Shown: positions 34,301 to 43,078 of the stretch, piece after piece | How positions within the stretch are numbered: the stretch's first letter is position 1 | Layout: every line of letters begins with the position of its first letter | NCBI GenBank assembly: GCA_002811645.1 | Contig: PDIP01000060.1 | Location: forward strand, 93,679-157,678 | Source of the DNA: Corallochytrium limacisporum Hawaii | Taxonomy: Eukaryota > Protista > Pluriformea | Length of the DNA: 64,000 nucleotides | Reading direction: 5' to 3' | Translations under genes and position numbers: made by a program | Notes under the pieces: model-generated | Told to the model about the DNA's origin: nothing | Databases searched by the model: none | Seen by the model: the letters and a program-made list of their open reading frames with translations, nothing else

Positions 34301-34742
34301 TTAGTTGGATGCTGCTTTGATCCCCTCTGTCAGCCATTCCATGCCTTCGTTCAAGCCTTCGCCTGTTCTTCCGTTCGTAGAGACCACCGTCCAAGGCCGA
34401 TCTGTGACTCTGCTGAGTTCAAAGAGCTCCGCAAACTTCCCGGGATCAACCAGCGGGACAAGATCCGATTTGTTGATCAGGAGGAGTAATGGAATTGCCC
34501 GACTACGCACATCTTCATGTCGAAGGATGTAGTCCAGCTCCTCCTTCGCGACCGCGGCTCGTGATGTGTCTGCGGAGTCCAGGACATAGATAATTGCTTC
34601 GCGATCCTGATAATAGTGTTCCCACAGTGATCGGTATCGGCCTTGCCCACTCATGCCAAAGGCTATCAAGACCCACAAGAAGGATGATGGCCTTCCGTTT
34701 CTTCATGCCCAACCATGTAACTGGTCTGTTCAAGAAACCCAT
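34301..34742 (-). pseudogene. ARL6: ARL6/BBS3 small GTPase with an internal frameshifting deletion
   Basis: MGFLNRPVTWLGMKKRKAIILLVGLDS (34742-34662) is followed after one extra base by FGMSGQGRYRSLWEHYY...AVAKEELD...NKSD...GEGLNEGMEWL, which are ARL6-specific motifs. About 40 residues, including GKT(T) and switch I, are missing. Confidence 0.88.
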
Positions 34743-35487
34743 GTTCACCTGCGTATACTCTTTCTTGTATTCGATACGATGCTCGTCTCTCCTGACAATT
34801 CCCTCCTTTCCTTGTGCCACCTGTATACGCGAGAACTATCGCTACTGGGAAACCGTATTCATGAATTGCTTTCAATATTCGGTATCATTGTATTTGATTC
34901 CTGTAACTGCCATCCTCATACGTTTCAAGAAGGTGCCATTCAATCCATTCCGACAAAGCCAATGGAACAGAAGATGCCCAACTAGATGGGGCCGGGGAAC
35001 CGGGGCCCAGGAACTCAAGGCGGGCCGTTTCCGGCAGTTTCCCTTTTCCGTCCAAACGGACCCGCTCCCTACCAACTGGGGGGAGTAGCCAATTGTGGGC
35101 TTCGGCCACCACACTCTCCCTCAACCCGGCAGAACAGCCACCGAACGGCACTGTGGAAAATAGACTCCCCAGCTCACCGGGGTTGTTGCTTCCCGTCCTC
35201 CCTCGCGCTTGAGGGGCAGGCGCCCTTTGCAGCAATTGCTCGCCGAAAGTGCTCAAACCTACTCGCTTGGAAACGCTCAGTCTCTTCGGACGAGGTATTT
35301 GGTGCGAAACGTGCCATAAGAAGGAGACTCATACAATTTATCCTGAGAAGTTTTACATCACAGCAGGAAACTAGGCAGCGTTGGTGAAGATGACAACCTG
35401 AGGAACGAAAGTTGGTCCATTTGAGAATTTTACGAGTCTTCTTATAAAAGTACCTTGTACACAGAACTCAGCATAGCACTAATAAGC

Positions 35488-36495
35488 ATGTCTAGCTCTG
35501 GTCAAGATGCTCCCAGAAAGCGCCCCAGTGTCACAGCACTGCAAGGGGGAGGCGATAGCAAATCTCCGCCGGCGGGACCGAGCGAACCAAGGAACCGCAC
35601 CTCGCCTGCTCTTACCAATAAACTTAAGCGGATTGGTGGCGGTCCATCCCCTGATTTGCCCCCGGAGCAGTTACTGAGGGACACCTCGTTCGATCTTAGT
35701 AGCCCCACCGCTACCACAGTGGAAGGTGAGCACTTTGAGCAGATGCCAGATACCCAGCAGGCTCAGTACCTAATCAAAATGGCCCAGCGCAAAGTCGTGA
35801 GCTTGACCCAACAGTATCCCCAGCTCCGGATCTTGGAACAGAGCAGCCATTTAAAAATGATTAGTACGATTCTTCGGGAAAAGACCTGTGGAAGGGCCAC
35901 GTTTGTCTTCTATGCAGACCGCCTTTTCCGCTTACTTGTTGAGGAGGGCCTAAATCACATGCCCACGAAAGAGACTACAGTCATCACGCCCACTGGAGAG
36001 GAGTACAAGGGCATGAGCTTTGCAGGCAAAATCTGCGGCGTATCCATCATGCGCGCGGGTGAGGCGATGGAACGGGCATTGAGAGACTGCTGCCGTACTG
36101 TCCGGATTGGCAAGATCCTCGTACAGAAGGACTATGACACCGGGGAACGTCATGTTTACTACGCCAAGCTACCACAGGACGTGGACGAGCGGCACTGTCT
36201 GCTCATGGACCCGGTGTTGAGCACTGGTGGCACTCTCTATAAGGCTGTCCAGGTGCTCAAGGATAGTGGAGTTGCAGAGGAACGAATTACGATCCTGACG
36301 CTGATTGCTGCGGTGCAAGGTGTCGACCGTCTCCTGCAGGAGTATCCGACACTTACCATTGTTGCGGCAGAAGTGGATGATGACTTGGACGACCAGGGAT
36401 TGGCATTGCCAGGTATTGGAGACTTTGGTGATCGGTACTTTGGCACTCTGGACGATGATGAAATTTTCGACGAAGACAACCTGATTGAAGAATGA
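35488..36495 (+). CDS. UPRT: Uracil phosphoribosyltransferase with N-terminal extension
   Basis: FVFYADRLFRLLVEEGLN, GVSIMRAGEAME, RIGKIL, PRPP loop LMDPVLSTGGT and PGIGDFGDRYFGT. The first ATG is at 35488; the track starts at an upstream TTG. Confidence 0.93.
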   Translation: MSSSGQDAPRKRPSVTALQGGGDSKSPPAGPSEPRNRTSPALTNKLKRIGGGPSPDLPPEQLLRDTSFDLSSPTATTVEGEHFEQMPDTQQAQYLIKMAQRKVVSLTQQYPQLRILEQSSHLKMISTILREKTCGRATFVFYADRLFRLLVEEGLNHMPTKETTVITPTGEEYKGMSFAGKICGVSIMRAGEAMERALRDCCRTVRIGKILVQKDYDTGERHVYYAKLPQDVDERHCLLMDPVLSTGGTLYKAVQVLKDSGVAEERITILTLIAAVQGVDRLLQEYPTLTIVAAEVDDDLDDQGLALPGIGDFGDRYFGTLDDDEIFDEDNLIEE

Positions 36496-36607
36496 GCATT
36501 TTCTGTGGCAGGTGAATTGTCGAAGCGAAGGACTAGACCCAAATACATACGAGGGTAGTACATTTCTTTAATTACGTCAGCATCATTGAAACGGTTTCTT
36601 TACCAAT

Positions 36608-37630
36608 TCATCCTTCGATAGCTTCTCTATCGTCATCTTCATGACCTTCAGTGAACAAATGATCCGCTGCTTCAGGCACAGTCTCCATAATTGAATTGCG
36701 CAGCACACTGTCCCCGGGACCAGTCGTACTGGTTGTCATGTTCGTATTGTTGAGTCCATCGCTGGATACCTTGGTGCTGTTACCAATTATGTTGTCTTGC
36801 AAACCACAGCGCTCCATGAATCCGTAGTAGTTCTGATAAAACTGCGAGACAAAGTCCCGCAGCATTGGTAGTACCAAGATGCCCCGGAACTGCATCATTC
36901 GGATCGAAGGGTACTCGTCGCTCTGTGCCTCTAGTAACAAGGACCAGAACTCGACAAAAGAAATCCGGTAGAGTGGCCCAATCTGAAGCAATTCGTGCAG
37001 TAGCCTAATTGGACCGGCCCTGATGACCGTATTGGCCGGTACCTGTCCCAGGGAATCCAAGGAGTCCACAACTATGCTTGACTCTTGGCTTTGGGTTCCA
37101 CTGAGCTGGCCGCTACCATACATATCCAGTGAGTTTGCGCTCCGGTTCGGCAGGGATAGACTTGAACTGAACATGAGTTGCGTCGAAGTGCCCGGTTTCG
37201 ATGCATGGATGCCGCCCTTTGTTCCGTCAGGTTCGTCGTTGGCCCTCTCATGCTGCTGTACCGTCGTCAGCATCTTCTCCACCCAGCTTGCAAATTCTTC
37301 AGCTGCTCGCTCCCCGCTAAGGTCCGCCGCCATCACCAAAGAGCATCTCGCTCGGATTGTGGACTGAAACTCGGCAGTACTGAATGTTGGCAATGAGTAT
37401 TGACTGCAGAATTCGATGAAAGTGTGTATATCTTTGCGAGTGAATCTCCCCGATTTCTCTGAATCAATCTTGTAGAGGGTACCAATGTGGAAAATATTGA
37501 GAAACACATTCTCCGGGATCTCTAAACGTTTCAATTCTCCCAAGTGTAGATAGGTGCGCTCAGTTTCGTTCTCAATGCGGTCGATTTGCTCGTCGATCGC
37601 ACCGCGGATGTCTGCAAGCGCGTTTCCCAT
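36608..37630 (-). CDS. Uncharacterised protein with predicted N-myristoylation and an EF-hand-like loop
   Basis: 340-aa ORF with caccATG start and MGNALA N-terminus. EF-hand-like helix-loop-helix LYKI-DSEKSGRFTRKD-IHTF. Confidence 0.7.
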   Translation of the reverse strand: MGNALADIRGAIDEQIDRIENETERTYLHLGELKRLEIPENVFLNIFHIGTLYKIDSEKSGRFTRKDIHTFIEFCSQYSLPTFSTAEFQSTIRARCSLVMAADLSGERAAEEFASWVEKMLTTVQQHERANDEPDGTKGGIHASKPGTSTQLMFSSSLSLPNRSANSLDMYGSGQLSGTQSQESSIVVDSLDSLGQVPANTVIRAGPIRLLHELLQIGPLYRISFVEFWSLLLEAQSDEYPSIRMMQFRGILVLPMLRDFVSQFYQNYYGFMERCGLQDNIIGNSTKVSSDGLNNTNMTTSTTGPGDSVLRNSIMETVPEAADHLFTEGHEDDDREAIEG

Positions 37631-38134
37631 GGTGAATCTGAATCAGAAACCAGTGGGCTACTTCCGCGAGGTCAACTTCAACCTACCATACCACATTCAA
37701 ATTCTAGTCATCTGAATGTAAGTTATCCTACAACTGTGTCTGATTCTCATAAAGACCTGCCAACTTTGTGTTTGGTCAAACTTATTTAATAGCTCAAGTG
37801 TGGACAGTACTCCGTAATGCGTCCGGTCACATTTCTCCCGCTCCCAACCAACCGACGCTCGTCCAATCGCGCCGTCTCCAAGCTTTATTTTTTAAAGTCG
37901 CTTACTTTTTAAAATTTGGCCGAGTGGGTGGGGACACAATGTGATGTCACGGAGGGTCTCAGGGGACAGCGGGGATAGAAGTTTGGTACTTCACATTCAG
38001 TACATTCACGGAATTGGTAATTTCCCCGGGTCTTTCACTCAAGATGTAGTGTTCAATTGGTGTAAGGTGGTGAAAGGAAGATGCATCAGTGTGGCAACGA
38101 ACAGTAACCAGGAGTTGACAACGGTTGCCACACC

Positions 38135-41100
38135 ATGTTTAGATCATTGGTGCGACACCGTCTGCAGCGGACGCCGAACTTGCTGCGGAACTTTGCCTCC
38201 CTCACAGCACAGCGCGATAATGTCAAGATCAAGCTCAGTGACTATACGTCACTTCCGTATCTGGTGGCCCACGTGAAATTGGACTTTCAGTTAGGCCATG
38301 AACAAACCCGGGTGTCGAACTTGACGACGTACCAGTACAGACAACAGCAAAAGCAGCAGCTGCCGAACCTGGTGCTTAGTGGGCACCCCAGTGTGCAGTT
38401 GGAAAACGTAAGGATCAATGGAAAGTTGTTGGCTCGAGATCAGGAATATATATTGACCACTGCAGAGAAGGACGGCGCGTTGACGATCCCAGCCAGTCGT
38501 CTTAAGGACCTCATCGGAAGCGACGGTGAGTTCCAGGTGGAGATCTTGACAACGGTCAACCCTTCCACAAATACAGCGCTTGAAGGTCTCTACGTTGGTG
38601 ATGGCGAAATTCTAGTAACGCAATGCGAAGCTGAAGGGTTCAGACGCGTGACCTTTGCCCTCGACCGTCCAGATGTTACTGCTCCCTACGATGTTGTGCT
38701 CCGAGGCAATCGTCAAATGTTCCCCATCATGCTGAGTAACGGCAATCTTCAGTCTGACAACGGTGTGGACAGCATTGTGCACTGGCATGATCCATACCAC
38801 AAGCCAAGTGACCTCTTTGCTATTGTTGCTGGCGACCTCATCGAAATCAGCGACACATACGTAACGGAGGCCAGCGGAAAGGCAGTCTCTCTGCGTCTTC
38901 TATACCCAAGGAGAGGAACTGGCTGTCAGCATCGCTCAGATGACATGCTCCTACATGCTCTAGAGAGCCTTAAACGTAGCATGCTCTGGGATGAGCGACG
39001 ATTTGGTTTGGAGATGGATGCGAACATCTACCACATTGTCGCAGTCGACAACTTCAACGCCGGCGCAATGGAGAACAAGACACTGAACGTCTTCAATAGC
39101 AAATACCTTCTGGCACGGCCTGATATTGCAACCGATTCGGATTTTGCCAACGTCGAGCGAGTAGTTGCACACGAGTATTTCCACAATTGGACAGGGAACC
39201 GCGTGACATTGAGGGATTGGTTCCAGCTGACGCTCAAGGAGGGTCTGACAGTGTTTCGTGACCAAGAGTTCTCCGCTGATTCTGCCGCATTTGGCGACAA
39301 CATGAAAGGGTCTATGCCTCGCGGCGGCGACATCCTCGAACTATCGCATGAATTCCAAGCCTCTCAGTCCTCTGCACGTGCCCTGCAGCGCATTGCGGAC
39401 GTCAGTGCACTCCATGCTGTGCAGTTCACCGAGGACGCAGGCCCGCGCAGTCATCCATTGAGGCCTGCGGAATATGAAGAGGTGCAGAATTTTTTTACGG
39501 CAACAGTCTACCTGAAGGGAGCCGAGGTCATCCGAATGTTACAGACCATGTACGGTATACCTGCCTTTAACAAAGCTCTGCAGCAATACATCCGTGACAA
39601 TGACGGACGGAGTGCCACAGTTGAAGATTGGCTGGCGCCATTCCAAAACCAGTGTGGCTTGGACGTCGAACGTTTCGGTCGCTGGTACACCCAAAAAGGC
39701 ACGCCGCAGGTCAGATATGACCTGGAACAGGACGGTACTAACTCGGTCAGGCTAAACATTACCCAAGAAGCCCCCGCAGTAAACCCCGAAGCAGAACCGT
39801 ACCTCTTTCCCTTGAGTTTCGGTCTGCTCCATCGAGAGACAGGTGAGAGCATCCCTGTAGAAATTGAAGGTAGTGACGGCGGCGGCAATGGTGCTCTCGA
39901 AACTCACACTGTAACTGTCCAGGATGGTGCCATGTCAGTTAAACTGAAGCGCGCGAATGGCCAGTCTTTGCGCACCGACGAAGTTCTGGTAAGCGTTAAT
40001 CGCAGTTTCTCATCTCCGGTGCTCATCAAGGAAAGACAAAGCAATACTGGTACTGAGCAGCTCGAGGACCTGAGCGTCATTGCACGCTGCGATCCGGACA
40101 TGTTCAAGCAGTGGGATGCCACTCAGCAACTGTGGTCCAGCATTACGCAGGAACTGAGTCCACAGATTACGCCTCTGTTATCCGTCAATCCATCTATGGC
40201 TTTGAACATCCACGCAGTACCCTCTGATGTGGTCGAAGCGGTACCGAAAAGCATCATTGACGTTGTAAGCAGCCATCTACGGCGTCTACTTGAAGATAGA
40301 GCACCAAATAAGGAGCATCCATCCGGTCCACTTGCAGAATTTGTGGCCTCCCTTCTGTCAGCGCCGCCCCAGGCGACCATAGCCTCCACCTCATCGTCGC
40401 CCACCGACCCAGTCGCACAACAGATTGCCACTCAAGCCATTGGCAAGGCCATCGCACTGACCTGCAATGAGGAACTAAGAGCCATCCTCGACAGTCTCGG
40501 CTCTGTTAGCCGGCCCCATCTTGCAGGAGCGAGCATGGCGGGAAAGAAGCCATGCGAATGGCATAGGGACGGGAGAGGATGGCGCGCTATCGTCAATGCG
40601 GCGCTGAAGCTTCTGATTGAGGCCCATCCCCGGGAAGATGGTCTCAAATCTATTGCCATGGAAAGGTCCAAGAACATGGGACCAGGCAAGGAGAATCTTA
40701 GTGTTAGATTGGGTGCCATGACGGCGATGCAGAACGTGGACGGCCAGATGCGTGATCAGATGCTCTCTGATTTTATCCACGACTATGAACATGACCGTAG
40801 CATGGTGGGTAAGTGGCTTGCTGTGCAAGCATCCAGCATCATGCCAAGCTCTGTCCACAACGTTCACGAACTCAGGTATCAGCGTGCGTTCGATCCCAAA
40901 AACCCGAATCTCGTCCTCAGCCTGTTGGGCACATTTGCCAACAATCCGGCCGTCCTGCACGGCTCACCGGAGGGTCAAGGCCATGACTTTTTGGTAGATC
41001 AGATTCTATATTTGGATCCTATCAATCCGATGATGAGCGCCCGCCTGGCGCAATCCCTGCTGCCGTGGAAACACTATGTTCCTGTGGTGGCCGAAAATAT

Positions 41101-41188
41101 GAAGAATGGCTTGCGCACGCTACAGGACCACGGAAAGCTAAGTTCAAACTTACATGAGATAGTCACAGCGGGTCTGAGGGATGAATGA
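38135..41188 (+). CDS. pepN: Aminopeptidase N (M1 family, PepN type) with predicted mitochondrial presequence
   Basis: TQCEAEGFRR, GAMENK, HEYFHNWTGNRVT, WFQLTLKEGLTVFRDQEFS and a PepN-type C-terminal domain (LDPINPMMSARL). Arg-rich, acid-free N-terminus. Confidence 0.93.
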   Translation: MFRSLVRHRLQRTPNLLRNFASLTAQRDNVKIKLSDYTSLPYLVAHVKLDFQLGHEQTRVSNLTTYQYRQQQKQQLPNLVLSGHPSVQLENVRINGKLLARDQEYILTTAEKDGALTIPASRLKDLIGSDGEFQVEILTTVNPSTNTALEGLYVGDGEILVTQCEAEGFRRVTFALDRPDVTAPYDVVLRGNRQMFPIMLSNGNLQSDNGVDSIVHWHDPYHKPSDLFAIVAGDLIEISDTYVTEASGKAVSLRLLYPRRGTGCQHRSDDMLLHALESLKRSMLWDERRFGLEMDANIYHIVAVDNFNAGAMENKTLNVFNSKYLLARPDIATDSDFANVERVVAHEYFHNWTGNRVTLRDWFQLTLKEGLTVFRDQEFSADSAAFGDNMKGSMPRGGDILELSHEFQASQSSARALQRIADVSALHAVQFTEDAGPRSHPLRPAEYEEVQNFFTATVYLKGAEVIRMLQTMYGIPAFNKALQQYIRDNDGRSATVEDWLAPFQNQCGLDVERFGRWYTQKGTPQVRYDLEQDGTNSVRLNITQEAPAVNPEAEPYLFPLSFGLLHRETGESIPVEIEGSDGGGNGALETHTVTVQDGAMSVKLKRANGQSLRTDEVLVSVNRSFSSPVLIKERQSNTGTEQLEDLSVIARCDPDMFKQWDATQQLWSSITQELSPQITPLLSVNPSMALNIHAVPSDVVEAVPKSIIDVVSSHLRRLLEDRAPNKEHPSGPLAEFVASLLSAPPQATIASTSSSPTDPVAQQIATQAIGKAIALTCNEELRAILDSLGSVSRPHLAGASMAGKKPCEWHRDGRGWRAIVNAALKLLIEAHPREDGLKSIAMERSKNMGPGKENLSVRLGAMTAMQNVDGQMRDQMLSDFIHDYEHDRSMVGKWLAVQASSIMPSSVHNVHELRYQRAFDPKNPNLVLSLLGTFANNPAVLHGSPEGQGHDFLVDQILYLDPINPMMSARLAQSLLPWKHYVPVVAENMKNGLRTLQDHGKLSSNLHEIVTAGLRDE

Positions 41189-41331
41189 GCAAGTAGTGGG
41201 CGGATACCGGACGCATCCGAAAAGAGACAACAGAACTGTTTGTCTCCAAGCCATGTGAGATTTTATGTGTTACAAGAATAGAAATATAATGAGTACATTT
41301 TATATGAATATGTTGGATGCTCATGCATGAC

Positions 41332-41811
41332 CTAAGTTTCGAATGTGAACGTTAGTAAATCCTTTAGAGTCCCATCATAGAGCACAAAGCGCATGTCTGT
41401 TACAATGTTGGAATAGGTGTCAGGATCAATCTTCAAGCTCAGTTCCACTGGCTGCCCATTAATGAGTTCTGAAAGGGTTTCCTTGCTATGATCTACTTCC
41501 TTGAAAAGCTGCAGAGCATCTCGGACATTGCAGCCCATAATTCTTTCCGCAAGCGCCGGCGTTAGAGTAGCCTCGTAGAGGCCACATCCTTCAACTGCAT
41601 AAATGATCTTCAGGTTAAATTCCTCGAAGGGCTCCTCACCGTCAATATTTTGGAAACATTTCGGGCAAAGCGCATAGACCGGTCTATACCATATATCATT
41701 GTGACAGAGTCTGCAAACGACGTGTGCCATGCTCGGTCCGAAGACCATCTCAAAGATCAGCCCAGATTGCTCCCATTGTTCAGAATCCTGTTTAGTTTGA
41801 ACAGATTGCAT
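41332..41811 (-). CDS. Stand-alone OB-fold with zinc ribbon (RPA1 C-terminal/DBD-C-like)
   Basis: CRLC-x12-CPKC followed by FNLKIIYA...EATL...AERIMGC...LINGQPVELSLKI, the pattern of Rep_fac-A_C-type OB folds. Confidence 0.6.
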   Translation of the reverse strand: MQSVQTKQDSEQWEQSGLIFEMVFGPSMAHVVCRLCHNDIWYRPVYALCPKCFQNIDGEEPFEEFNLKIIYAVEGCGLYEATLTPALAERIMGCNVRDALQLFKEVDHSKETLSELINGQPVELSLKIDPDTYSNIVTDMRFVLYDGTLKDLLTFTFET

Positions 41812-42130
41812 TACGGCTAGTGTTTCTATTTGAATTTCACAGACCCTGCTTCCATCTCCGATAGTCTTGTCACCATCACCGATACAGCCTTGAAATACAA
41901 TTTAATGGCGGTTTAGCGCCAAACCCTCCGTTTCAAATTGTTCGCGCTTGCTCGGCCCCACCGAGTCCTAAACGGGCAAGGAAGAGAGGACCAGGGGCTC
42001 GGGTCAAATCGAGAGCATCACATTCTGACATACTGTCCGAGTGTTTGCACTAGAGGAAGGGCCCAAGTTGTTTGATTTGTGCAGAGCACTTGCAAGGAAG
42101 TATTTAAAATATGATACTTTATGTTGTCGC

Positions 42131-43078
42131 TCAAATGACACTGCGCAGACCCATACGGCGCTGAAGCATAGCAATCTCATCCTCAACTCGGTCCTTCTCT
42201 TGCAGAAGGTCGTTGTACGTGTCTAAGGGGAACCCACGCGCCCGCGCCGCCTTGAAGAAGTACCGCTGCTCCTTAAGTTCCTTGTAGGAATCGTAAGAGT
42301 GCTCCTTGCGGTGCCACAGGAACCACCCATAGAAGACCACACTGGTGCCATAGGTAATAAAATACGACAGTGGTTCAACAATATCCCAGGAGTACTCAAA
42401 GTAGGTCAAACGGTAGAGGGCACCCCACTGAAATGCCATCGCTGCAAGACCAGTGTACAGCCACATGGACGTGACACGCTCCGCTTCCACCTCGATGGTC
42501 TTCTTTTGCTGCTCTAATGGCTTCAATTGGCGATCGATGCGGTCGAGGTAGTTCTCTAGTTCGTTTAGAGTATTTCTGTGGTCAACCCCACCGATTTCTT
42601 GGTAAACAGCATCGAGCATGGCTTTCAATTGTTCCACTTTGGTATCCAGTTCGGTCGTCTGGGGGGCCGTGATAGCATACTTTTCTGGTCCGATAAGGAT
42701 CATTATGTCGTCCTTAAGGGCTGCAGAGAGAGTAGTACCCTTCGCGTAGTCCGAACCGTCGGGATCAACCACTGTAACATCTTCCAAACCTTCATTTTCC
42801 AACATCCGCCGCAGGTCTCCTACCGTCGACGAGGTGCTCAGTGCAAATGCCTTCACAGTTGCCTTAGTGTTCATGGGAAGCTCCAAACGTACGACACCTG
42901 GCTTGTAGGTCACTTTCAATTCTCTGGCAGCTGCCGCGGCAGTGGCAAACAAACGGCTTTTCTCCCGAACATCACTCCGCCAAGTCAGTGGACTCCAACG
43001 AACAGGAGTATGTGCGGCTCGAAGAACTGAATGGTTCGTCCTGCCGATCGTGGCACGACTAAGTGTACGTAGAAACAT
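42131..43078 (-). CDS. MCU: Mitochondrial calcium uniporter pore subunit
   Basis: Mitochondrial presequence, N-terminal domain, coiled coil, and two TMs flanking the filter EYSWDIVEPLSYFITYG. Confidence 0.95.
   Translation of the reverse strand: MFLRTLSRATIGRTNHSVLRAAHTPVRWSPLTWRSDVREKSRLFATAAAAARELKVTYKPGVVRLELPMNTKATVKAFALSTSSTVGDLRRMLENEGLEDVTVVDPDGSDYAKGTTLSAALKDDIMILIGPEKYAITAPQTTELDTKVEQLKAMLDAVYQEIGGVDHRNTLNELENYLDRIDRQLKPLEQQKKTIEVEAERVTSMWLYTGLAAMAFQWGALYRLTYFEYSWDIVEPLSYFITYGTSVVFYGWFLWHRKEHSYDSYKELKEQRYFFKAARARGFPLDTYNDLLQEKDRVEDEIAMLQRRMGLRSVI

Noticed and set aside
34640-34680. An intron or programmed frameshift rescuing ARL6
   Set aside because: Sequence is missing rather than inserted, so restoring the frame would still leave no P-loop.
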